DNA of 64,000 nucleotides, taken from an uncultured Gemmataceae bacterium. Its GTDB lineage: Bacteria > Planctomycetota > Planctomycetia > Gemmatales > Gemmataceae. This document shows, in pieces, positions 37,983 through 51,152 of the stretch; position 1 is the stretch's first letter, and each line of letters begins with the position of its first letter. A model generated the notes under the pieces. That model ran no database searches. It worked only from the letters and a program-made list of their open reading frames with translations, and was not told where the DNA came from. Location of the stretch: NCBI GenBank assembly GCA_963750165.1, contig CAVVPN010000012.1, positions 640,001-704,000 on the forward strand. Reading direction: 5' to 3'. The position numbers and the translations under genes were made by a program.

Positions 37983-40900
37983 ATGCATCGATGTGTGGTG
38001 GCGTGGAGCCTGGCCCTGACAGGTGGATTCGCCCTGGTGTGTTCCCTGGCGACGCCGCCCAGCGCCGAGAGCCAGCCGGCAGAGAAGGACAGGAGTCCCT
38101 ACAACCCAAAACTCCACGGCCCCTCCAACGAGGGCGAAAAGGCCATCAAGCGCTTCCGCGTCCCGGCGGACTGCCGCGTGGAACTGTGGGCCGCCGAGCC
38201 GCTGCTGGCCAACCCCGTCGCCTTCGCGTTCGACGAGCAGGGCCGTTGCTTCGTCGCCGAAACCTTCCGCCTGCACTCCGGCGTGACCGACAACCGCAAC
38301 CACATGTACTGGCTCAACGACGATCTCGCCAGCCGCACTGTCGCGGACCGCATCGCCATGTACCGGAAGCACCTCAAGGGCAAGACCTACGACAGCTACA
38401 GCATCGATCACGACCGCATCCGCCTGGTGTGGGACAGCACCGGCAAGGGCCGGGCGGATAAATCGACGGTGTTCGCAGACGGCTTCCATCACGTGGAGGA
38501 CGGCATCGGCAGCGGTGTGCTGGCGCGGCACGGCAAGGTATGGTACACCTGCATCCCCGACCTGTGGCTGTTGCAGGAGGGCAAGGGCGGCGTGGCGGCG
38601 AGCAAGACAAAGTTGAGCACCGGCTACGGCGTCCATGTCGCTTTCCTGGGCCACGACTCGCACGGACTGCGGTTCGGGCCGGACGGCCGGCTGTACTTCT
38701 CGGTCGGCGACCGTGGCTTCAACATCGAGACGCCGGACGGCCGCAAACTGGTGTGCCCGGACATGGGCGGTGTGCTGCGCTGCAACCCGGACGGCTCCCA
38801 CCTGGAGGTGGTGGCGGTCGGCCTGCGCAACCCGCAGGAGCTGGCGTTCGACGAGTACGGCAACCTGTTCACCTGCGACAACAACGCCGACGGCGGCGAC
38901 AAGGCACGCTGGGTCAACATCGTGGAGGGCGGCGACAGCGGCTGGCGCATCGGCTACCAGTACCTGCGCAAGCCAGTGCAACTGGGCGCGTGGAACGCGG
39001 AGAAACTGTGGGGCCTGCGGCCGGAGAACCAGGCGGCGTACCTGCTGCCGCCGCTGTACCACATCAGCAGCGGGCCGAGCGGCCTGACGTACAACCCCGG
39101 CGTGACGGCGCTGCCGGAGAAGTACCAGAAGCACTTCTTTTTATGCGATTTTCGCGGCGGCCCGAACGGCAGCGGCGTCCACGCCTTCCGCGTCGAGCCG
39201 GACGGGGCCTCGTTCAAGCTGGTGGGGGCACATCAGTTCGTCGGCTCGGTGCTGGCGACGGACTGCGAGTTCGGCCCGGACGGCGGCTTTTACCTGAGCG
39301 ACTGGGTCGATGGCTGGGGCAAGCCCGGCAAGGGCCGCCTCTACAAGATCACCGACCCGAAGCGGGCCAAGGACATTGAGGTGGGAGAGGTCAAGGCGCT
39401 GCTGGCGGAGGGCATGAAGCAGCGCCAGCTCGGAGAACTGGCTGGCCTGCTCCGAAACGCCGACCAACGGGTGCGGCAGGAGGCGCAGTTCGAGCTAGCG
39501 GGGCGCCGCACCGCAGAGGCGGCGAAACTGCTGCGCGACATTGCCTGGGAGGCCAGGCAACCGCTGGCCCGGCTGCACGCGCTGTGGGCGCTAGGCCAGC
39601 GGCACCGGCCGAACGAGCCGGTCGATGAGGCGCTGCCGCTACTGAAGGACAGAGACGCGGAGTTGCGTGCCCAGGCGGCGAAGGTGCTGGCGGATCGGCG
39701 GCACTTCCCTTACGAAGGCGTCGAGACGCCGAGGGGAGTCGTGCGGCCCGATCAGGCCTGGGAAAAGGCGGCACGGGCGCTGGAGCCGCTGCTCAGGGAC
39801 GAGAGCCCGCGCGTGCAGCTGTACGCGGCCCTGAGCCTGGGCAAGATCGGCTCCGAGAAGTCGGTCGGCCCGCTCGTGCAACTAGCCCGCGCCAACGGCG
39901 ACAAGGACGCTTATGTGCGACACGGCGTCGTCATGGGTCTGGTCGGCTGCGCGACTGGCGGTGACCTGCTGAAGCTGGCGGACAGCGATTCGCCGGCGGT
40001 GCGGCTGGCGGGCCTGCTGGCGCTGCGGCGGTTGCAGAAGCAGCAGGTCGCGCGCTGGCTCCAGGACGCCGATCCGCGCAACGTGCTGGAGGCGGCGCGG
40101 GCGATCAACGACACGCCAATCCCCGAAGCGTTCGCGGACCTGTCGCGGCTGACCATCGGCAAAGGGACGCCGGACGCGCTGGTGTACCGCGTGCTCAACG
40201 CCAACTTCCGCCTGGGCCGCGCGGAGAACGCCGAGCGCCTCGCCGCGTGGGCCGCTCGCCCGGACGCCTCCGAGGCGACCCGATTGGAGGCCCTGGCCAT
40301 GCTCGGCGACTGGGCGAAGCCGTCGGGCCGTGACCGCGTGGTGGGCCTCTGGCGGCCACTGTCGGAGCGCGACGTGAAGGTGGCCCGCGAGGCGGTGCGC
40401 GGCGAACTGGCCGGGATGTTCACCGGCTCAAACAAGGTGCGCTCCGAGGCGGCGAAGGTGACGGCGGCACTGAAAGTCGGTGAGGTCGGGCCGTTGCTGC
40501 TGAAGCTCATCAAGGGAGGCCGTGAGGTTCCGGCGGCGACGCGCGTCGAGTCGCTGCGGGCGCTGGCGGCGCTGAAGGACCCGCGCCTGGCCGAGGCGCT
40601 GGAGGTGGCGCTGAAGGCGGATGCCGGGGCCGTGCGGGCGGAGGGCCGGCGGGTGCTGGCGAAGCGCGATCCCGCCCGGGCGCTGGGGCTGCTGACCGAG
40701 GCGCTGGACAGGGGCGAGCTGGTCGAGAAGCAGCAGGCGCTGGCGACGCTCGCGGAGATGAAGCGACCCGAGGCGACGAAGTTGCTCGACGCCTGGGCGG
40801 ATCGGCTCGTGCAGGGCGACGTGCCGTTGCCGCTGCGGCTGGACGTGCTGGAGGCGGCGCAGGCGGTCAACACCGCGGAGCTGGTCAAGAAAATCAAGGC

Positions 40901-41381
40901 CTACGAGGCGCGCAAAGCGAAGGCCGACCCGCTGGCGGCGTGGAGCGAATCGCTGGAAGGCGGCGACATCGAGGCTGGCCGGCGCATTTTCTTCGGCAAG
41001 GCGGAGGTGTCGTGCCTGCGCTGCCACAAGGTCAACGGCCAGGGCGGCGATGTGGGCCCGGACCTGTCCAGGGTCGGCGGCCAGCACAAACGCGACTACT
41101 TGCTGGAGTCGATCATCCTGCCGGACAAGCAGATCGCCAAGGGCTACGAGACGGTGATCCTGACGCTGTCCAACGGCAGCATCAAGTCGGGCATCATCAA
41201 GTCCGAGACGAAGAAGGCAGTGCGGCTGATGACGCCGGAGGGCGTGCTGCTCACGATCCCGGCCGACGAGATCGACCAGCGGCAGCGCGGCAAAAGCGCC
41301 ATGCCGGAGGACAATGTCCGCTACCTGTCGCGCCGCGAGGTGCGTGATTTGGTGGAGTATCTGTCGTCGTTGAAGAAGTGA
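37983..41381 (+). CDS. PVC-type heme-binding CxxCH protein (propeller + HEAT repeats + cytochrome c)
   Basis: WAAEPLLANPV, GLRNPQELAFD, HEAT-like region, CLRCH..VGPDLS, KSAMP. Confidence 0.92.
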   Translation: MHRCVVAWSLALTGGFALVCSLATPPSAESQPAEKDRSPYNPKLHGPSNEGEKAIKRFRVPADCRVELWAAEPLLANPVAFAFDEQGRCFVAETFRLHSGVTDNRNHMYWLNDDLASRTVADRIAMYRKHLKGKTYDSYSIDHDRIRLVWDSTGKGRADKSTVFADGFHHVEDGIGSGVLARHGKVWYTCIPDLWLLQEGKGGVAASKTKLSTGYGVHVAFLGHDSHGLRFGPDGRLYFSVGDRGFNIETPDGRKLVCPDMGGVLRCNPDGSHLEVVAVGLRNPQELAFDEYGNLFTCDNNADGGDKARWVNIVEGGDSGWRIGYQYLRKPVQLGAWNAEKLWGLRPENQAAYLLPPLYHISSGPSGLTYNPGVTALPEKYQKHFFLCDFRGGPNGSGVHAFRVEPDGASFKLVGAHQFVGSVLATDCEFGPDGGFYLSDWVDGWGKPGKGRLYKITDPKRAKDIEVGEVKALLAEGMKQRQLGELAGLLRNADQRVRQEAQFELAGRRTAEAAKLLRDIAWEARQPLARLHALWALGQRHRPNEPVDEALPLLKDRDAELRAQAAKVLADRRHFPYEGVETPRGVVRPDQAWEKAARALEPLLRDESPRVQLYAALSLGKIGSEKSVGPLVQLARANGDKDAYVRHGVVMGLVGCATGGDLLKLADSDSPAVRLAGLLALRRLQKQQVARWLQDADPRNVLEAARAINDTPIPEAFADLSRLTIGKGTPDALVYRVLNANFRLGRAENAERLAAWAARPDASEATRLEALAMLGDWAKPSGRDRVVGLWRPLSERDVKVAREAVRGELAGMFTGSNKVRSEAAKVTAALKVGEVGPLLLKLIKGGREVPAATRVESLRALAALKDPRLAEALEVALKADAGAVRAEGRRVLAKRDPARALGLLTEALDRGELVEKQQALATLAEMKRPEATKLLDAWADRLVQGDVPLPLRLDVLEAAQAVNTAELVKKIKAYEARKAKADPLAAWSESLEGGDIEAGRRIFFGKAEVSCLRCHKVNGQGGDVGPDLSRVGGQHKRDYLLESIILPDKQIAKGYETVILTLSNGSIKSGIIKSETKKAVRLMTPEGVLLTIPADEIDQRQRGKSAMPEDNVRYLSRREVRDLVEYLSSLKK

Positions 41382-41486
41382 GGTGCCCTGGTTGTCTGCC
41401 GCTTGCGGCTTAGCGCTCAGACAAATTCCCGACGGCGGGAGGGTTTCGGAGCGCTAAGCCGCAAGCGGCAGAAAGGGCAGTGCAGG

Positions 41487-42806
41487 GTGAGCAACACGGC
41501 ACGAGTGACGTTCTGGGGCGCCGCACAGAGCGTGACCGGCTCCATGCACTTGCTGGAGGCGGGCGCGTACCGGACGCTGCTGGACTGCGGCTCCTCGGTG
41601 CCGCCGCGGCTGGGCGTCTTCGACCACTTCCCGGTGGCCCCCGCCGACCTGGACGCCGTCGTCCTGAGCCACACGCACATCGACCACTGCGGCGCGTTGC
41701 CCGAACTGGTCCACCGCGGCTTCCGCGGCCCCGTCTACGCCTCCGCCCCGACCTGCGACCTGCTGCCGGTGATGCTGGGCGACGCGGTGCGTCACCAGAA
41801 CCTCGCCGGGCTGACCGACCTGGACCGGCTGCTGCGCCAGTGCGTCCCCGTCGCCTACGACACCGACGTGCCCCTGACCCCCCACGTCACCCTGCGCATG
41901 GTGGACGCGGGCCACGTGCTCGGCTCCGCCCTGTCCCGGCTCACGGTGCGCGGCGACGGTCGCACGGTCAGCGTCACCTACACTGGCGACGTGGGCCGCC
42001 AGGGCCTGCCGTTCCTGCCGCCGCCACAGCCGATCCCGGCCGCGGACCTGGTGGTCTGCGAGAGCACCTACGGCGGCCGCACGCACCCGCCACTGGAGCG
42101 GGTAGCGCGGACGCTGGCCGAGGTGGTGGCTCGCACCCTCGGCCGCGGTGGCAAGGTGCTGATCCCGGCGTTTAGCTTCGGCCGGTCGCAGGTGGTGGTG
42201 CATTTCCTGCAGCGCTGGATGGCCGACGGCCGGCTGCCGCGGGCGCCGCTGATCGTGGACAGCCCGCTGGCCCGCGCCGTCATGGACGTGTACCGCCGCC
42301 ACCCCGACCGGCTGTTGCCCGAGGCGCTGCCGTGGTTGCGCGGCGAGCTGGCGCCGGTGCATTACGTGCAGTCGTTCGAGGAGAGCCAACAGGTCAGCAC
42401 GCAGCGGGAGCCGTGCATTCTGGTGGCGTCTGGCGGCATGTGCGACACGGGCCGCATTCTGGAGCACCTGCGGCACAACGTGGACGACCCGCGCTGCTCG
42501 GTCGTGCTGGTGAGCTATCAGTCGCCAATGAGCCTGGGTCGGCGGCTGCTGGAGAAGTCGCCGACGGTGGTGTTCGACGGCCGTCGCTGGAACAAGTGGG
42601 CCGAGGTGGTGGACCTGAGCGGCTTCTCCAGCCACGCGGACCACGACGAGTTGCTGGCGCTGCTGACGCCGCTGCGGGAGCGGGCGGCGCAGGTGCGGTT
42701 GGTGCATGGCGACCCGGCGAACGCGGTGCAACTGGCCGCGGCGCTGCGGGAGCGTGGGTTCGCGGACGTGGCGGTGCCGCTGCGCGGGGAGGTGGTGACG
42801 TTGTAG
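41487..42806 (+). CDS. MBL-fold beta-CASP ribonuclease-like protein
   Basis: GAAQSVTGS, LDCG, SHTHIDH, AGHVLGS, ESTYG, SGFSSHAD, LVHGD. Confidence 0.9.
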   Translation: MSNTARVTFWGAAQSVTGSMHLLEAGAYRTLLDCGSSVPPRLGVFDHFPVAPADLDAVVLSHTHIDHCGALPELVHRGFRGPVYASAPTCDLLPVMLGDAVRHQNLAGLTDLDRLLRQCVPVAYDTDVPLTPHVTLRMVDAGHVLGSALSRLTVRGDGRTVSVTYTGDVGRQGLPFLPPPQPIPAADLVVCESTYGGRTHPPLERVARTLAEVVARTLGRGGKVLIPAFSFGRSQVVVHFLQRWMADGRLPRAPLIVDSPLARAVMDVYRRHPDRLLPEALPWLRGELAPVHYVQSFEESQQVSTQREPCILVASGGMCDTGRILEHLRHNVDDPRCSVVLVSYQSPMSLGRRLLEKSPTVVFDGRRWNKWAEVVDLSGFSSHADHDELLALLTPLRERAAQVRLVHGDPANAVQLAAALRERGFADVAVPLRGEVVTL

Positions 42807-42822
42807 GCTCAGGGAGGGGCGC

Positions 42823-43422
42823 ATGGCGGATTATGATGCGGGGTTCAAGATCGTGGCCCGGGCGTCGGGCATTGGCCTGGCCCGCCTCGCGGGATTGACG
42901 CCGCAGCAGTGGAAGCCGATCGGCGACACGCTGCAAACGACCGAGCGGCTGGCGGATCGCGCCTTCCGCGCCGTCAGCGACGACCGGCGGTTCGTCGTCT
43001 ACTTTGAAGCGTATACGCACTGGGTGGAGTCGGCGGTGTGGAGCGTGCTGGCCAAGAGCGGCCTGCTGTCAGAGCGCGAACGTTTGCCGACGTTAAGCAT
43101 CATTTATAGCGTCCCAGTGCTGGCAATTCTGAGCATTTTTGGTATGCCCAAAACTCGTTCCTTGGATGTTCTGTCCCTCATCGGGAGAGAAGAGATGCGC
43201 GAATCAGCGTTTTTCCAAATGATCGCTGAGGAAGAGCGGCAGGCGCAAGCCCGCCTGGACGTGTTGCAGGTCCTGCAGTTGCGCTTGGGTCCAGAAGCAG
43301 TTCAGGAGTTTGAGCAAGCCGTTAACGAACTGGCGAACCTGGAGCAATTGCAAGAGTTGCACAAACTCGCTGTTCAAAGTCGCCGCCTCAGTCAATTCCG
43401 CCGTGACTTCCCCAAAAAGTGA
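42823..43422 (+). CDS. Rpn-like PD-(D/E)XK protein, apparently internally shortened
   Basis: YDAGFK, ERLADRAF..VVYFE, MRESAFFQ, RLG..LEQLQEL tail. Confidence 0.55.
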   Translation: MADYDAGFKIVARASGIGLARLAGLTPQQWKPIGDTLQTTERLADRAFRAVSDDRRFVVYFEAYTHWVESAVWSVLAKSGLLSERERLPTLSIIYSVPVLAILSIFGMPKTRSLDVLSLIGREEMRESAFFQMIAEEERQAQARLDVLQVLQLRLGPEAVQEFEQAVNELANLEQLQELHKLAVQSRRLSQFRRDFPKK

Positions 43423-44054
43423 AGCCACATCGCCTCCGCAAGGTTCGCCGCGCGGTCAGGCCCGGCATTTTCTTGCACCCTTTCCAATCCTGCCACCCTC
43501 TAAACGAGGCGAAGAGTGCGCACCCGGCGTGCCGCGCACACGCTACGGCCGCGCCGGGCGCCCTCTTCCAGGATCGAGACGACACCGCGGCGAGGTTCCG
43601 CCGCCGGCGCGTCCCTGTTTCAGCGGAACGGCCGCTGGCCGCAGAATCAGGGCCGTGCGCTGCATTCTTCGCGTATGGTGGAGAGTTCTCCAGTGAGGGG
43701 TCGGGATTGTGGGTAGGGAATGGGCGCGGCTCCGAGCACTGTCAGGAGGTGTGTGAAATGAAACGAGATGAAAGCCCTCCCTGGCACTATGTACATTGTA
43801 CCACCCAGTCCGCTTCCGGGGAAGCGCCTTGCGCCCGCGGCCAGGACGATTCGGGTTCCCGGGCCATCAGACTGGAGAACAGGGGGAAGCAGCAAACGAG
43901 CCTGACCGCAGAACGGGTCCGTATTGACCCCTTCCGCCAGTCCCCTTAGACTTCCAGTTGAGGCAACACTGGGACCAGTGACGGGGTTTCGGCAAGGCGG
44001 GCGCCACCTCCGGCGCGCGGCTTCTCTCAGGCCGGGAGAGGGACAGGAAGAATC

Positions 44055-47846
<3,792 letters not shown>

Positions 47847-47936
47847 GTGGGATCCGTTTCCGTTTCGCGCGGGCTGAGTTCGCGCGAAACGTAAATGGGT
47901 CGCTTTCAATACGCACGCCACGGAAAGGATTCCGAC

Positions 47937-49235
47937 ATGACGCGCTATTTCCTCAATTTCCTCTACCTGATGGTGCTGACCGCCCTGGCGCCGCTGCTGA
48001 TCTACAAGGCGTTCAAGCAGGGCAAGTATTACCGCACCGCCTGGCGCAAGTTCAGCGGCCGCACGCCACGCCGCGCCGGTCGCCGGCCCTGCGTCTGGTT
48101 CCACGGCGTCAGCGTGGGTGAGGTCTACCTGCTGCGGCCGCTGATCGCCGGCTTCCGTCGCCGCCATCCCGACTGGGATGTCGCCATCTCCACCACCACC
48201 GACACCGGCTTCGGCGAAGCCCGCAAACGCTTCCCCGATGAACTGCTGTTCTTCTGGCCCTTCGACTTCACCTGGGCCGTGCGCCGCGCCCTTCAGCGCA
48301 TCCGGCCCAACCTGGTCGTCCTCGCCGAGAGTGAGATGTGGCCGAACTTTTTGAGCGCCGCCAAGCGCCGCAACATTCCGGTCGCCCTCATCAACGGCCG
48401 CATGAGCCCGCGCACGCTTCAGCGGCACCTGCGCATCGGCCGGCTGACACGGCCGCTGTTCGCCCACCTCGACCTGTGTGCCGTACAGACCGAGGAGTAC
48501 GGCGGCCACTTCCGCACCCTCGGCGCGCCTAACGTGGTTGTCACCGGCAACGTGAAGTACGACAACGTCCTGACCGACCACGACCACCCGAGAACGCGCG
48601 AGCTGCGGCGTTTATACGCGGTCGGGCCGGACGATCTGATCTGGGTCGCCGGCAGCACGCAGCCACCGGAGGAGCAGCACGCGCTCGAGCTCTTCCGCAA
48701 GGCCCGTCAACAATTCCCGAACCTGCGGCTGTTCCTGGTGCCGCGGCAGCCCGAGCGCTTCGGCGAGGTGGCGGCGCTGCTCGAGCAGGCCGGCCAGCCG
48801 TTCGTGCGCCGCAGCATTCTGTCGGAGCCGGTGCGGGCCGATGTGGTGCTGGTGGACACGCTGGGCGAGCTGGGGGCGCTGTGGGGCCTGGCGGACGTGG
48901 CGTTCGTCGGCGGCAGCATGGACGGCAAGCGCGGCGGCCAGAACATGATCGAACCGGCCGGCTTCGGCGCGGCGGTGCTGTTCGGTCGTCATGTGTGGAA
49001 CTTCCGCGAGCCGGTGCTGCGGTTGCTGGAGCAGCAGGGGGCCGTGCAGGTCGCCGACGCGGCCGACCTGGAGCGTGTCGTGCTGCGGCTGCTCGGCGAC
49101 GCGGCGGCCCGGCATACATTAGGGCAGAACGCCCAGCGCTACGTCCTGGCCCAGCGCGGGGCCACCGAGCGCACCCTGGACGCGCTCGACCGCCTGGTGA
49201 CGCGCTGCGAACAGCGCCGGGCGGTGGCGGCCTAG
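47937..49235 (+). CDS. waaA: 3-deoxy-D-manno-octulosonic acid (Kdo) transferase
   Basis: WFHGVSVGE, ESEMWPN, VTGNVKYD, AGST, VPRQPERF, GGQNMIEPA. Confidence 0.93.
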   Translation: MTRYFLNFLYLMVLTALAPLLIYKAFKQGKYYRTAWRKFSGRTPRRAGRRPCVWFHGVSVGEVYLLRPLIAGFRRRHPDWDVAISTTTDTGFGEARKRFPDELLFFWPFDFTWAVRRALQRIRPNLVVLAESEMWPNFLSAAKRRNIPVALINGRMSPRTLQRHLRIGRLTRPLFAHLDLCAVQTEEYGGHFRTLGAPNVVVTGNVKYDNVLTDHDHPRTRELRRLYAVGPDDLIWVAGSTQPPEEQHALELFRKARQQFPNLRLFLVPRQPERFGEVAALLEQAGQPFVRRSILSEPVRADVVLVDTLGELGALWGLADVAFVGGSMDGKRGGQNMIEPAGFGAAVLFGRHVWNFREPVLRLLEQQGAVQVADAADLERVVLRLLGDAAARHTLGQNAQRYVLAQRGATERTLDALDRLVTRCEQRRAVAA

Positions 49236-49295
49236 TTACTACGGGCGGCCGCGCGACGGCTGGCAACGGCGGTCAGTAGTTGGCCGTGGGCAGCA

Positions 49296-49446
49296 CAGCA
49301 AGGACGCCAAGAACGCCAAGAACGCCAACATTTTTATATGTCGAGATTTGCATCGCTTGCCGGCACGGCGCGTCGCCCGGTGACGCCGGCTGACCGAGCA
49401 AGGGAGCCAAGGGGGCCAAGGGGGCCAACTTTTTCACACGTCGAGA
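49296..49446. repeat. Pair of 51-bp direct repeats (same family as 37590-37750)
   Basis: AGCAAGG..GCCAAG...GCCAAG...GCCAAC(T/A)TTTT..GTCGAGA at 49296-49346 and 49396-49446. Confidence 0.9.
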
Positions 49447-49476
49447 AGTAAACCCACCGCCCCGACGAGACCTAGC

Positions 49477-50385
49477 ATGACCGAACCGCTGGCGTTCTGG
49501 CAGGGCGCGTTCGTGCCGCAGTCGCAGGCGCGGCTGCCATTGCACGACGCCGGCTTCGTGCTGGGCGCCACCGTCACGGACCTGTGCCGCACCGTCCGCC
49601 AGCAACTCTACCGCTGGACCGACCACCTCGCCCGCTTCCGCGCCAGCTGCCGGGCCACGCGCATCACGCCGCCGCTCGACGACCAGGCCCTGTCCGACGC
49701 GGCCCACGAACTGGTGCGTCGCAACGCCGCCCTGTGGACGCCGCAACAGGAACTGGCCCTCGTGCTGCTGGCGACGCCGGGGCCGATCGGCTACTATCTC
49801 GGCGACCCCGGCGGCCCCGGCGACGCGGAGCCGACCTTCCTCATGCACACCTTTCCGCTGCCGTTCGCGCGCTACCGACGGCTGTTCCAGGAGGGGGCGC
49901 GGCTGGTCCTCCCGGCGACGCGGCAGGTGCCGGGCGCCTGCATCGACCCGCGGATCAAGCAGCGCAGCCGTCTGCACTGGTGGCTGGCCGAGCAGGAGGC
50001 GCGGCAGGCGGACCCCGGCGCGGCGGCCCTGCTGCTGGACGCGGCGGGCCACGTCACGGAGACGGCGGCGGCGAACTTCCTGGCAGTGCGCGACGGTATG
50101 GTGCTGTCGCCGCCGGCGAACGCGGTGCTGGGCGGCGTCAGCTTGCAGGTGGTGCGCGAACTGTGTGCGGCCCTGGGCGTCCGCTACGAGGAGCGGCCGC
50201 TCGGCGTTTACGACTGCCTGAACGCGGACGAGGCCATGCTGGCGAGTACGCCGTACTGCCTGGCGGGCGTCAGCCGCATCAACGGCGTGCCGCTGCCGTG
50301 GCCGGGGGCGGTGTTCCGCCGGCTGCTGGAGGCGTGGGGCGAGCGGATCGGGCTCGACATCCGCGGGCAGATTGAGGCGGACTGA
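49477..50385 (+). CDS. Class IV PLP aminotransferase (IlvE/PabC-like)
   Basis: DAGFVLG, HLARF, IK.RSR, VTETAAAN, VLGGVS, ADEAMLAST. Confidence 0.88.
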   Translation: MTEPLAFWQGAFVPQSQARLPLHDAGFVLGATVTDLCRTVRQQLYRWTDHLARFRASCRATRITPPLDDQALSDAAHELVRRNAALWTPQQELALVLLATPGPIGYYLGDPGGPGDAEPTFLMHTFPLPFARYRRLFQEGARLVLPATRQVPGACIDPRIKQRSRLHWWLAEQEARQADPGAAALLLDAAGHVTETAAANFLAVRDGMVLSPPANAVLGGVSLQVVRELCAALGVRYEERPLGVYDCLNADEAMLASTPYCLAGVSRINGVPLPWPGAVFRRLLEAWGERIGLDIRGQIEAD

Positions 50386-50779
50386 AACGATACCGGTCCC
50401 CCCTGGTCCTCACCTGGCACTCTGCCGGGCGCCGACTTCCTGCCTTCACGCCCTCAAAAGCGCGCAAAAAGTGGTGCAAACTGATACAAAAATGATGCGA
50501 AACGACACTCCGGCGCCTGTTGCGAATGCGCTTTTCGATGCTGTATTGCTGCTATTTGGCGGTCCCAAGGAGTGTGGATCGGTAAGAGTCTCCCAGGGTG
50601 CGCTGCGCGACCCTGGGCTCTGAGATAAAACGCCTTCGGCGTAAAAACCCACCCCACAATCCGTGACGGTCAGTGGCGTGCGAAACTCCGCACGGCGTGC
50701 ATCAGGCCCTTGCCTTCGGGACGGCGATCCCCGAAGATCAACCCGGTGGAAGCGCCCCGACTTAAAGGAGAACGCACCC

Positions 50780-50881
50780 ATGCCGAACCCGAACCGAAAG
50801 ACCAGGCGGAAGCGTCAGCGCATCAAGGACAAGTGGCTGCGGCACCTGCGGCCCACCCGCAAGAAGTGGAAGAAGACCTGA
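50780..50881 (+). CDS. 33-aa highly basic small protein
   Basis: AAAGGAG RBS; MPNPNRKTRRKRQRIKDKWLRHLRPTRKKWKKT; GC-rich third codon positions. Confidence 0.6.
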   Translation: MPNPNRKTRRKRQRIKDKWLRHLRPTRKKWKKT

Positions 50882-50989
50882 GCCCGGCCCAGGCGCTCAA
50901 CTTCGTCCGCGAATTTCCTTTGCCCCAACCGCCATCGCTCCGCTACCATACCACCATTGACACCCCGTTCACGGAGGATTTGAAAAAAC

Positions 50990-51128
50990 GAATCACGACA
51001 ACACGAACGGACGAAACCGCGAAAAAAGCCAGAAAAAGGAGTGAACTGAAACGCAGTTCCAGACGAACTCCCTGCCCGGACAGCCGCGCTTGTTTTCGTA
51101 ATTTCGTTCGTTCGTGTTATCGTGATTC
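50990..51128. repeat. Imperfect 36-bp inverted repeat (CACGA-type motifs)
   Basis: GAATCACGACAACACGAACGGACGAAA.. / ..TTTCGTTCGTTCGTGTTATCGTGATTC. Confidence 0.75.
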
Positions 51129-51152
51129 TCTTCTTCTTGCTGAGGAATTTCC

